Positions 13,270 through 24,860 of a stretch of DNA of 64,000 nt are shown piece after piece. The stretch comes from Anaeramoeba ignava BMAN. Taxonomy: Eukaryota; Protista; Anaeramoebae. Under the pieces are notes generated by a model. The model saw only the letters and a list, made by a program, of their open reading frames with translations. It made no database searches and was not told the DNA's origin. The translations under genes and the position numbers were made by a program. The stretch covers positions 496,001-560,000 of the forward strand of contig JAPDFW010000060.1 in NCBI GenBank assembly GCA_028826165.1, in the 5' to 3' direction. Numbering within the stretch: the first letter of the stretch is position 1; every line of letters begins with the position of its first letter.

Positions 13270-15516
13270 TTAATTTAATCCCTCTAAGAATTTTTTTATT
13301 GCTTTTTTAAAATGTAAAAAATCCACTTTTTCTGTTTTAATATCTATATTCAAAGCTTCAAAAACAGCCAATTGACTTACTGTTTGAAGATCGCTACAGG
13401 TCCATCCATTCGTGAGATTTACTGTTTCCGTTTTCTCTTTTTGTGTTGCTTGACAATGAATTTGTTTGAGCAAAATGTCCAAGATCTCACTACGATCTTC
13501 CATGTTTGGAAGTGGAACAGAAACGACTTTCTCCAATCTCCCTGGACGTACCAGCGCCTCATCAATAAGATCTATTCTGTTTGTGCAACTGATCACGAGT
13601 AAATGTCCCCTATCACTAACGCCGTCCATCTCAGTTAATAATTGACTTAAAGCTCTTTCTTCAATTCCTACTTTTTGATCTTGATCAAATTGTCTCTTGA
13701 TCCCGATAGCGTCGATCTCGTCAAGAAATATCACGCTTGGCGAAACAGCTCTTGCACGTGAGAAAACTGTACGGATTGCGCTTTCTGTGTCTCCTACATA
13801 TTTGGAAAATAGCTCAGTTGAATTTACTATTAAACTTGGTATTTTCATTTCTGAAAGTGTTGAAATCACCAGTTCAGTCTTTCCGCATCCACTTGGTCCA
13901 TAAAGTAATATCCCAGACGGTACAACTAATTTCTGCAAACTCTCTGTCTTGTTTTCTTTTTTTATTTTCTGCGTAGATTGTTTTGTCTTTGCTAGAAAAT
14001 GCAATATTGTTTGTTTTAGCATTTTTTTGATTTCGAAATAACCTCCTAATTTCTCTAAATCCTTTACATTTCCTGGTAATTGAAACTGGGGATCAATTTC
14101 ACTTGGGCTTATCTCACCAAGGGCTTGTTCGAAATCGCCTTTTTCTATTTTCAAATTTGATTTTATATTATCATCTTTATTGCGAAGTGCACAATTCAAA
14201 TGCGCATTTTTAACAAGAGATACTATATCTTTTGGTGTGAAGCCCCGTGTTTTTGTGGTGAGAAACTCAATTAACATATTTTCATCTTCTTGAATCTCCC
14301 ATAAACTTGATTTTTGATGTTCTGTCGAGATCCAAAACTTCAACAATTTCTTTCGACATTCTGCATTTGGAATATGAATTTGGATCTCATCAATAAACCT
14401 CCCAGTTTTATACAAATTAGAAACTATACCTGGATCAGGTTCTGTTCTTGTTGCTGCTAATAGAAATAATTTTCGATTTGGGAAATTTTTTTCAATCAAA
14501 ATCATTAATTGAGAAAATGCAAATTGATTTTTTTTGAGATCAAGTAAATCATCAAATTCATCTATAACAATTAGGCACGGTTCTTTTTCGCATGCCTCGT
14601 ATATTTTCTTTTCTAAATAGTTTATATTATCTTCATTTCCATATCTCTTCTCAATAACTTTATGACTTGATATTTTAACTGTATTAATATTCATTTGCAA
14701 AAAACATATTCTACAAACAATTTTTAACAGTAAAGTCTTTCCAATACCATGTGGCCCATAAATAACAGCACCATTTCTTTGGGTATTTTTATTTATTATT
14801 GAATATTTTTCATCTTCTTCATTATTTCCTTTGAATTTTTGATCGATATACTTAAATATTTTTTTAAGTGGTTTTGATAAATGTGAAAAATTTTCAATCA
14901 TATCCAAATTCTTAATTTGTTTTTGGTAGGCATAGCGTGCTATATTCAGCTCAAAAAGTTTTTGAGGTGCTATTTTTGTTTCTACTATGATATTCTTTGC
15001 AATTATATATTGATATTTCTGGAGATTTTCTTCTCCATCTTGACTTATTTTAGTAATAATGAATTGAATTTCTTCTCCAAATAAATTTTCAAATAATATC
15101 CCATTTTTAGAAAGGACTTTATTTTGGAATCTTCGAGAAAGCAAATTGTTAATATTTGCAAATTGTGATTTTTTTTGGTTCATTTTCAAAAATCCTTCAA
15201 TTTTAATTGGATTATTTTCATCCACAATTCCAATATTTTCCAATTTTTCAACTTCAATTTGATCATTTAATTTAAGATTAAATAAAGAGATCACATTTTT
15301 TGAAACATAAATTTCATTTTCTAAAATTCCCTCAAAAGGAAATGCATTTACTATCATTTCTATAAAAGATTTTTCAGTTTTGATTTTTAAAAAAGTATGA
15401 AGTGATAATTTTTCTCCAAATTTCGATAATGTTTGGGGATGAATAAAAGTATTCCAAGGAAATGGATCTTTATTTGATAAAGGAGACAAACCGGTTATAA
15501 TTTTTAATTTTTTCAT
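13270..15516 (-). CDS. Double-AAA ATPase, CDC48/AFG2(SPATA5)-like, intronless
   Basis: 748-aa ORF. D1 Walker A GPHGIGKT and Walker B IVIDEFD; D2 GILLYGPSGCGKT, SKYVGDTE, IFLDEID, SRH CTNRIDLIDEALVRPGRL. Confidence 0.85.
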   Translation of the reverse strand: MKKLKIITGLSPLSNKDPFPWNTFIHPQTLSKFGEKLSLHTFLKIKTEKSFIEMIVNAFPFEGILENEIYVSKNVISLFNLKLNDQIEVEKLENIGIVDENNPIKIEGFLKMNQKKSQFANINNLLSRRFQNKVLSKNGILFENLFGEEIQFIITKISQDGEENLQKYQYIIAKNIIVETKIAPQKLFELNIARYAYQKQIKNLDMIENFSHLSKPLKKIFKYIDQKFKGNNEEDEKYSIINKNTQRNGAVIYGPHGIGKTLLLKIVCRICFLQMNINTVKISSHKVIEKRYGNEDNINYLEKKIYEACEKEPCLIVIDEFDDLLDLKKNQFAFSQLMILIEKNFPNRKLFLLAATRTEPDPGIVSNLYKTGRFIDEIQIHIPNAECRKKLLKFWISTEHQKSSLWEIQEDENMLIEFLTTKTRGFTPKDIVSLVKNAHLNCALRNKDDNIKSNLKIEKGDFEQALGEISPSEIDPQFQLPGNVKDLEKLGGYFEIKKMLKQTILHFLAKTKQSTQKIKKENKTESLQKLVVPSGILLYGPSGCGKTELVISTLSEMKIPSLIVNSTELFSKYVGDTESAIRTVFSRARAVSPSVIFLDEIDAIGIKRQFDQDQKVGIEERALSQLLTEMDGVSDRGHLLVISCTNRIDLIDEALVRPGRLEKVVSVPLPNMEDRSEILDILLKQIHCQATQKEKTETVNLTNGWTCSDLQTVSQLAVFEALNIDIKTEKVDFLHFKKAIKKFLEGLN

Positions 15517-15616
15517 TTTATGAAGAAGAAAAATAAGTTTTTATTTTTTTTCATTTTTTATTTTTCATTTTTCTTATTAAAAATAAAATTAATTAATTTC
15601 AATTTTGATCTTTAAA

Positions 15617-18600
15617 ATGTTAAAATTTTTTAGAGAATCAATTACAAAAATTCTTGAAAAAGATTCACTTATTATTTCTCCTGATGGTTTTGATAATTTT
15701 AAACTTTTAACAACTTTAATTAGTTTATATTGTTCTCCTCCAAATTTAACTTATGTTTTAAATTTTGATAATGAAGATTTTAATAAAATAAATGAATCTT
15801 TATCACTTCAAGGATTAAATTTTCTTCCTAAATTTATTAATAATCAATTTCCTGCTAAAAACAGGTTTTTTTTAAAATCAAAATTAAAATCAAAATTAAA
15901 ATCAAAATCAAAAATCAAAATTAAAATTAAAATTAAAATTAAAAATAAAATTAAAATCAAAATCAAAATTAAAATTAAAATCAAAATCAAAATTAAAATT
16001 AAAATCAAAATTAAAATTAAAATCAAAATCAAAATCAAAATTAAAATTAAAATCAAAATTAAAATCAAAATTAAAATTAAAATTAAAATCAAAATTAAAA
16101 TCAAAATTAAAATTAAAATTAAAATCAAAATTAAAATCAAAATTAAAATCAAAATTAAAATCCAAAATCCAAAATCAAAGAATTGAACATTATAAAACTG
16201 GAGGTGTAATTTTTACAACAGCAAGAATTTTAATAGTTGACTTATTAAAACATAGAGTTCCACTTAACAAAATATCAGGATTCTTCATTTTAAATTCACA
16301 TTTATTATCATACCCAAGTTTAGAAGCATTTATAATTGAAATATTTAGAGATAATAATAAAGAAGGATTTGTTCGTGGATTTTCAAATTCACCAAAAAGT
16401 TTTTTAAATAACGAAGATAAAATCAATCAAATACTCCAAACTTTACATGTTCAAGAAATTCTTGTTTTGACTCCTTCTTTAGAGGATTTTCCTCAAATTG
16501 ATTTAATAGAGATAGAAATTTCTCTTTCAAAAAATCTTCAGCGTATTCAAGATTGTTTATTGAAAATAATTGAATATTGTTTGATTGAATTAGTAGATAT
16601 TTATGGGATAGAAGATATTAGTTTGGAAAGAGTTCTAACTCATCGATTTAGGGATATTTTTAAAGAAATCAAAAAAAATGATCCAAATTCTCAACAAAAA
16701 ATACAAAACTTTTTCACAATTAAAAATTTATTAAAAAAATTCTTCTCACTTGATTCTGTTAGTTTTTATCAAGAATTACTAGTTTTGAAACAATATTATA
16801 CAACACAAGGAATTTCTCACATTCCATTTTGGATGTATTTAACAGAAATGAATGATATTTTTGAAATTTCCAAAAATGTTATTTTTACAAATTATTTGGA
16901 TGAATTTTCAATTAATGAAGAATATGAACAAAAAGATATTCTTGAAAAACAAGATCCCATTGAAAATTTCTTTCGAATTCAAAATTTGGTTCCTCTTTAT
17001 CAAGCAAATCCAAAATGGGAAATTCTTGATGGTATTTTATCATTAATTGAAGAAGAAATTGAAAATGATAATATTTTGAATAACGAAAAAAATGATATGA
17101 AAAATTTAAATCCAAATAATTATGTTTTAATTGTTGTAAATGATTTTAAAATTGCTGAAGAATTGAAACTTTATCTTCAACAAGGAAAAAAACAATTTCT
17201 ACAAAATAAATTGAAGAGATATTTTATTAATTCTGAAGATTTTCGAATAATGAAAAGGAATGAGAAGGAAGAAAAACAGAATTTGAAAAGAATAAAATCA
17301 AATAATAACAATAATAACAATAAAAAATCAAAGGAAAAACAAAACAAAAAGAAACAAAAACAGAAAAAGAAAAAGAAAATGCCAGAACGTACAAGTTCAC
17401 AAATTGAAATTACATTTTATTTTGCACAAAATCAAAATAAAAATCAAAATCAAATTGGAAATGAAAATGAAAAACAAAATCAAAATCAAATTGGAAATGA
17501 AAATGAAAAACAAAAACAAAATCAAAATCAAAATCAAAATCAAAATCAAAATCAAATTGAAATTGAAAATGAAGATGAAATTGAAAATGAAATCAACCTT
17601 GAATTTTTTTCTTTATTACCTTCTCAAGAACTTCATTTAATAATTCAACCATTTGAAAATTTTCAGCAAACCCTTTATGATTTAAAACCAAGATTTATCG
17701 TTTTAATGTCTCCTTGGATTCAATTAATTCGACAAATAGAATCTTTTCTTTATGAAAATACAGAAATTGAAACAAAAGTTTTTTTAACTGTTTATACTAA
17801 TTCATTTGAATCACGATGTTTTAATTATTTATTAACTGAAGAAAAGCAATCTTTTTCTTTTCTAAAGGAAATTTCCAAAAAAATAAACAATCAAAATAAT
17901 GAACAAAATATTGAACAAAATAATGAACAAAATATTGAATTAAATATTGAACAAAATATTGAATTAAATAATAAACAAAATAATGAACAAAATATTGAAC
18001 AAAATAATGAATTAAATATTGAACAAAATAATGAATTAAATATTCAACAAAATAATGAATTAAATAATGAACAAAATATTCAACTAAATAATGAACAAAA
18101 TATTGAACAAAATATTCAACAAAATAATGAACAAAATATTCAACAAAATATTGAACTAAATAATGAACAAAATATTGAACAAAATATTCAACAAAATATT
18201 GAATTAAATAATAAATTAAATAATGAACAAAATATTGAATTAAATAATAAATTAAATAATGAACAAAATATTGAATTAGATATTGAACAAAATAATGAAT
18301 TAAATAATGAATTAAATAATGAACAAAATAATGAATTAAATAATGAACAAAATATTCAACAAAATATTGAATTAAATAATGAATTAAATATTGATTTAAT
18401 TAAAGATGATAAAGTGAAAAAAGAGAAAAAAACACAAAAACAAATTGTACTTGTAGATAATCGAGAATTTATAGGATCTTTAGTTCCTTTTATGCTTTAT
18501 AAAAAAGAAGTTGAAGTTATACCACTAAACCTTGAAATTGGAGATTATATTCTTTCATCTGAATTGTGTGTTGAAAGAAAAACAATTTCTGATTTGATTT

Positions 18601-19115
18601 CTTCATTCAAAAGTGGAAGACTTTATAACCAATTAAAAGAAATGAACGAACATTATAAAAACCCTATTTTATTAATTGAAATGGATTCAAAAAGAAAACA
18701 AGAATTAAATGAACCATCTCAAATACTAATCTCAGATCCTACAACTAATATAATCTCTAAAATTACAACTCTTGTTAAACAATTTCCAAATATGAGAATA
18801 ATATGGAGTCAAAATCCAGATTTAACTGCAAATATATTTCTTAATCTTAAATCAAATCATTCTGAACCAAATACTAAAGATGTGAAGAAATTAACAAAAT
18901 CTACTCATTCAGCTTTTAAAATGTTAAAGAAAATGCCAGGAATTAATGATAAAAATTCAAAATTAATTCTTTCTAGAATATCCAATTTTAAAAAATTAGT
19001 TTCTACTCCATTGAAACAATTAGAAATTTTATTAGGAGAAAAAAATGCGAAAGATTTATATAATTTTCTTCGTTATAAAGCTAATACTGAAGACGAAGAG
19101 GATCAAGACAATTAA
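15617..19115 (+). CDS. ERCC4: DNA repair endonuclease XPF (ERCC4/Rad1/MEI-9)
   Basis: Exons 15617-15864 and 16181-19115. Helicase-like YKTGGVIFTTARILIVDLL; nuclease motifs VDNREF and GDYILSSELCVERKTISDL..S..SGRL; C-terminal HhH LKKMPGI. Confidence 0.92.
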
Positions 19116-19119
19116 TTTT

Positions 19120-19705
19120 AAATTTTGAATTTGATTTTAATTTTGATTTAGATTTTGATTTTGATTTTGATTTTGATTTTGATTTTGATTTTGATTTTGA
19201 TTTTAATTTTGATTTTAATTTTGATTTTAAATTTTAAATTGATTTTGATTTTAATTTTGATTTTGATTTTGAATTTAAATTTTAATTTGATTTTGATTTT
19301 GATTTTGATTTTGATTTTGATTTTGATTTTGATTTTGATTTTGATTTTGATTTTAATTTTAAATTTGATTTTAATTTTAATTTTAATTTTAATTTTGATT
19401 TTGATTTTAATTTTGATTTTAAATTTTAAATTGAATTTGAATTTTGATTTTAATTTTGATTTTAATTTTAATTTTGAATTGATTTTGATTTTGATTTTGA
19501 TTTTGATTTAGATTTTAATTTTGATTTTGATTTTGATTTTGATTTTGATTTTAATTTTGAATTTAAATTTTAAATTTTGATTTTGATTTTGATTTTGAAT
19601 TTAAATTTTGATTTTGATTTTAATTTTAATTTTGATTTTGATTTTGATTTTGATTTTGATTTAGATTTTGATTTAGATTTTGATTTTGATTTTGATTTTA
19701 AATTT
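19120..19705. repeat. Intergenic (ATTTTG/ATTTTA)n hexamer microsatellite
   Basis: Read directly. Confidence 0.9.
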
Positions 19706-19759
19706 GAATAAATTTTTTTATTTTTTTTGCTTTTCATTTTTTTTTTCATTTTTTTTTTG

Positions 19760-21371
19760 ATGGCTCAGTTAGGAACAATAAAATCATTATTTTCAGCTTT
19801 AAAACAAGATGGAACAGTATCATGCATAAGATTATTAATTGACGAAGGAGCGAGTGTTAATGAAAAAAACAATGAAAAAGATACACCTTTGCATGCAAGT
19901 TTAAAATATAGATTATCATATAATGTTATTAAGTTATTAATTGAAAATGGGGCAGAAGTAAACACAGCAAACAATCAAGGAGACTCACCTTTACACATTG
20001 CCTTGAGAAAAAACTTATCATACGATATCATCAAATTACTTGTTGATGAAAACGCTGATTTAGTTGCTAGAAATAAAAAAGATGAAACACCTTTTAATTA
20101 TGCTTTCAAATCAAAAGAAATATCGAATCAAATCAAAATTTTATTTCTCAAGAATATCAATTTTCTTTATTTGGATAGAAATGAAATCCCTCGCGAAATG
20201 ACTAATTTTGCTAAAAAAGCCTATTCAATAATTTATGATATGCAAAACTTTTTGGAAGAAAATGAATTTTCAGATATTCTTATAAAATCTAATGATAGTA
20301 TTCAATTCCATGTTCACAGTGATTTTTTAATGATGAGATTTGATAATAATAAATCTATCTTGAATAAATTTATTGAAATTTGTAAAAGAAAATCTGGGAT
20401 ATTTGTTAGGCTTGCACTTAATTTTCTTTACACTGGATTTCTTGATTTTGATAAAGAATTCAATCAAATTTTTCAAGCTGAAAATAATAACAATAATAAT
20501 AATGATAATAACAACAATAATAATGATAATAATGATAATAATGATAATAACGATAATAATAATAATAAGGATAATGATAATAATTTTGATTTTGATTTTG
20601 AAAGGCAACTTTCACAATCATTTGATAATCTTTTAAATGATGGATTTAGTATTGAAGAGATAATCATTATACAACAACAAATGCTTGATTTATATCAAAA
20701 ACCAGATCAAAATCAAAAATCAAAATCAAAATCAAAAACCAGATCAAAATCAAAATCAAAATCAAAACCAAAATCAAAATCAAAACCAAAATCAAAATCA
20801 AAATCAAAATCAAAATCACCAAGATATCAAAGAAATACAAAAAGAATATTTTATTAACGAAGGAATAATTGAAGATTTATTTAAGCAACTTGGATTAGAT
20901 CCAGAATGGATTAAACCAAAATCAGGAATAAAAGGAATATTAAGAGATTTACATCATTTATTTGAAGATGATTCAACAAAAGAAATAACAATAAATTGCA
21001 AAAAAAATGAAATAAAAATTCATAAAATGATATTATTAATAAGAACAAATTCATTTAAAGAGATGGTTCAAAAAAATCAAAATCAAAATCAAAATCAAAA
21101 TCAAAATCAAAATCAAAATCAAGATCAAAATCAAGATCAAAATCAAGATCAAAATCAAGATCAAAATCAAGATCAAAATCAAGATCCTTTAAAAGAATTT
21201 AATGATTCTTCAAAAAATTCTTTTGAATCATTCAATCAATTAATTCATTTCCTTTATCATGATGAATTCGAAGAAATAAAAATTGATCAAAAAATGAAAG
21301 AAGAATTTAAGGATTTAAAGAAGTTTTATCAATTAAATGAAAATTCCGTTTTGGATTTAATTTTGAAATGA
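19760..21371 (+). CDS. Ankyrin-repeat + BTB/POZ protein, apparent +1 frameshift near 20716
   Basis: Ankyrin repeats DTPLHA, DSPLHIA, ETPFNYA; BTB-like FSDILIKSND..FHVHSDFLMMR; second BTB-like segment EIKIHKMILLIR...LIHFLYHD in the 20685-21371 frame. The frame switch falls at an extra A in a CAAAAT run. Confidence 0.8.
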
Positions 21372-21461
21372 TTTTTTTTTTCACAAAGAAACAAAGAAAA
21401 TTAAAAAAAATTTTTTTCATTTTTTCATTTTTCATTTTTCATTTTTCATTTTTTTTTTAAA

Positions 21462-22354
21462 ATGCAAAAAAATCTAATTTTAGAAATTTATCAAAATTCT
21501 ATTCAAGATTTTGTTTCAGAAGTTAATCCAAAAAACCAAAATCAAAATCAAAATCAAAATCAAAATCAAAATCAAAATCAAAATCAAAATCAAAATCAAA
21601 ATCAAATTCAAAATCAAATTCAAAATCAAATTCAAAATCAAAATCAAATTGAAAATCAAAATCTAAATCAAATTCAAAATCAAATTGAAAATCAAAATCA
21701 AAATCAAAATCAAAATCAATTTAAAAATCAAAATCAAAATCAAAATCAAATTGAAAATCAAAATATAAATCAAAACCAAAATCAAAATATAAATCAAATT
21801 CAAAATCAAATTCAAAATCAAAATCTAAATCAAAATCAAAATAAATCAAAATCAAAATCAAATTCAAAATCAAAATCAAAATCAAAATTCAAAATCAATT
21901 CAAAAATCAATTCAAAAATCAATTTAAAAATCAATTCAAAAATCAATTCAAAAATCAATTTAAAAATCAATTCAAAAATCAATTTAAAAATCAATTTAAA
22001 AATCAATTCAAAAATTCTCATCTTTCAAACGATCCAAAAATTGAAATTCCTATCCAATTACCTTCTTTTCCACAATTTCCACAATTTTTATCTTTAAATA
22101 GAAATGAAAATGAAAATAGAAATGAAAATGAAAATAGAAATGAAAATGAAAATGAAAATGAAAATGAAAATGAATCTTTATCAAATCTCTTGCTTTCTTG
22201 GTATTATTCTGGTTATTACACTGGTGCTTTTATGGTAAATAAATAATCATTAATTTTTCTTTTCATTTAATATCTTAAAATAACTAAATACTTATCTAAT
22301 AATTATTTTTTATATTTTTTTCTACTTATCTAAATTTAGGCAAAAAAAAATTAA
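21462..22354 (+). CDS. SMN: SMN-like protein (Gemin2-binding-like N-terminus + YG box, no Tudor), apparent frameshift near 21841
   Basis: C-terminal LSNLLLSWYYSGYYTGAFM (22178-22234) matches the SMN YG box; N-terminal LILEIYQNSIQDF resembles LIKAYDKAVASF. Intron 22235-22339, last exon AKKN*. Confidence 0.65.
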
Positions 22355-22422
22355 AAATTAAAAATTAAAAATTAAAAATTAAAAATCATTTTTCCTTTTC
22401 TTCTTTTCTTTAAATCCAATTT

Positions 22423-24431
22423 ATGCAAAATAATTCACTTGAAATTATTGGAAGAAAAGAGCAAATTAAAACTCTTTTAGATTATTTTGGTTCAGTATAA
22501 TATAATAATATACATCTTTTTCTTTTTATTTTTATTTTTCTTTTTCTTTGAAAATTTATTTTATAAATAAATCCAACAATAAAAAGCCTCAATCTCTTTG
22601 TCCTTCTTTATTTATTTTTGGACAAAGTTCAACTGGAAAAACATCTTTAATACTTTCTATGATGAAATCTTATCCACATTGCTTTATTAATTGTATTGAA
22701 TCGAATACTGAATTATCTATTTTTAGAAAAATAATTCAAACAACTCTACAATTTGTTTCTTCAGAACCTAAAAAAAAGCAATTAAAACTTTCTAAATGTT
22801 CTGATTTAAATCAATTTTGTAGAAAATTAAATGAATATTCTGTATTTGAAGAAACATATTATATTGTATTTTTCTTCCCCTTTTTTTTATCATTATCGTT
22901 ATTTAAATTGATTTAGATTCGTTTTAAAAATTAAAAAAAAAAACAGATTCTTGATGATGCACACAGAATTCTTGATATTCCTCAAAGTTCTAATCTTGTT
23001 AATTTTTTCCTCAATATTCAACAATTTGTAAACAATTTCTTTTTCTTTTTATTTTTATTTTTATTTTTATTTTTATTTTTATTTTTATTTTTATTTTTCT
23101 TTTATTTTTATTTTGGTAATCAGACAAAGAAAAATATTACAACAATTTTCATCTCAAAAATTTCTTGGGAACATTTTATTGGGGAATGCTTGATCACAGA
23201 GCCAATTGTTATTTTCTTTCCAAATTATACTGAAAGTAATAATTCAATTATAAATTCTTGCTTTCCTTTTCTTAAAAAAATTTCAATTTAAAATTCAAAA
23301 TTAAAATAGATGAAATTATAGAAATTCTGTCTCATCAATGTCCTCAAAAATATCAAGAATTAAAAGAATATTACATCGATTTTGTGCGATTATTATATGG
23401 ATTTGTCAACAATTCTTGCCGTGATCTAAGCGAAATTCGCTATTTAACAAATACATTTTTCCCCAAATATATTGAGCCAATTAAAGAAAAAAACCAAAAC
23501 CAAAAGACACTACTCTTCAGAAATATTAAACCTTATCTCGAGCATCTCCTTGATAAATCATATTTACGAACAATTTCATATTCAGAAATTGCGAATGATC
23601 GGAGTGTTTCTTTCAATGAAAATATAGAAGATCAATCTAATAAACAAAATGAAATTGATCTTCCAAAAATCACCAAATTCATTTTAATTTCAGCATATAT
23701 TGCTTCTTATGTATCTCCATCTTTTGATTTGAGACTTTTTACATCCACAAAAACGAAAAAAGTTAGCAAAAGAAAAAAACAAACACAAGTAATTAATTAA
23801 ATAAATAAATTTTCTTTTTATTTCAACCAAATTGATTGGATTTTTTATAATAATAACAATTCGAGAAGCAATCAAAAAAAATAGATATGATTTTCTAATT
23901 TTAATCCCAAATTTGAGAACATAAACGAACAAAATAAAAAAAAATGATCAAATTGGGAAAAAATTTTTTTATAAATTCATTTCAGAAAAATGATTGCTTT
24001 TCAAATTGTTATTTTTATTGAAATTCCAATTATTTATTTTGAGTTGAAAAATTAATATTATTAAAAATATTAATATTAATAATAATAATAAATAGATTTC
24101 AGAACTTTTTTCTGGACCTTCAACTTTTTCATTAGATCGATTAATTGGAATTTTGACTTTTTTAATAAATAATGAAACTGAAATTGAAAATGAAATTGAA
24201 AATGAAAATGATCATGAAAATGATCACAACAAAAAAAAACTTCCTAATATTACTTCATCTGGTTTTGTTTTACAACAAATTACCAGTTTAGTTTCTTCTG
24301 GTTTTCTTTCTAAAATATCAAATAATTTCCAATTTAATAAACCATATTTTAGATGTAATGTTTCTTTTGATATGATTAAAAGAATTTCAGAATCAGAAAA
24401 ATTTGAAATTGAAAATTATTTGATAAAATAA
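22423..24431 (+). CDS. ORC5: Origin recognition complex subunit 5
   Basis: Exons 22423-22494, 22587-22865, 22947-23027, 23124-23235, 23310-23788, 24096-24431. PSLFIFGQSSTGKT, YIILDDA, LPKITKFILISAYIASYVSPSFDLRLF, GPSTFSLDRLIGI. Confidence 0.88.
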
Positions 24432-24860
24432 TAAATTTTTTAATTAAATTAAAAAAAAAATAAAATAAATTTTTTAATTTAATTTGACTTTTACAATTTG
24501 ACATTTTTTAAATTAAAAAAATAATAAATAAAAAAATATTTTGATCAATTAAAAAATTAATAAAAAAAAACAAAATAAAACGTTATTTTAATTTTAATTT
24601 TAATTTTAATTTTAATTTTAATTTTAATTTTAATTAAAAAACTTAATTTGTGAAAATTTAATTGTGGGCAAAAAAGAAAAAAAAAAATGAAAAAAAAAAA
24701 ATAATTCTCTTCATTTTTTTTTTAATTTTTTTTCATTTTTCATTTTATTGAAAAATAAAGAAACCATTCAGTTTCTCTTTTTACTTTTTTTCTTCTTTCA
24801 GTTTTTTTTTCTTTTCATAAACAAAACAAACTTAAAAAAAAAACCAAATTAACCAACAAA

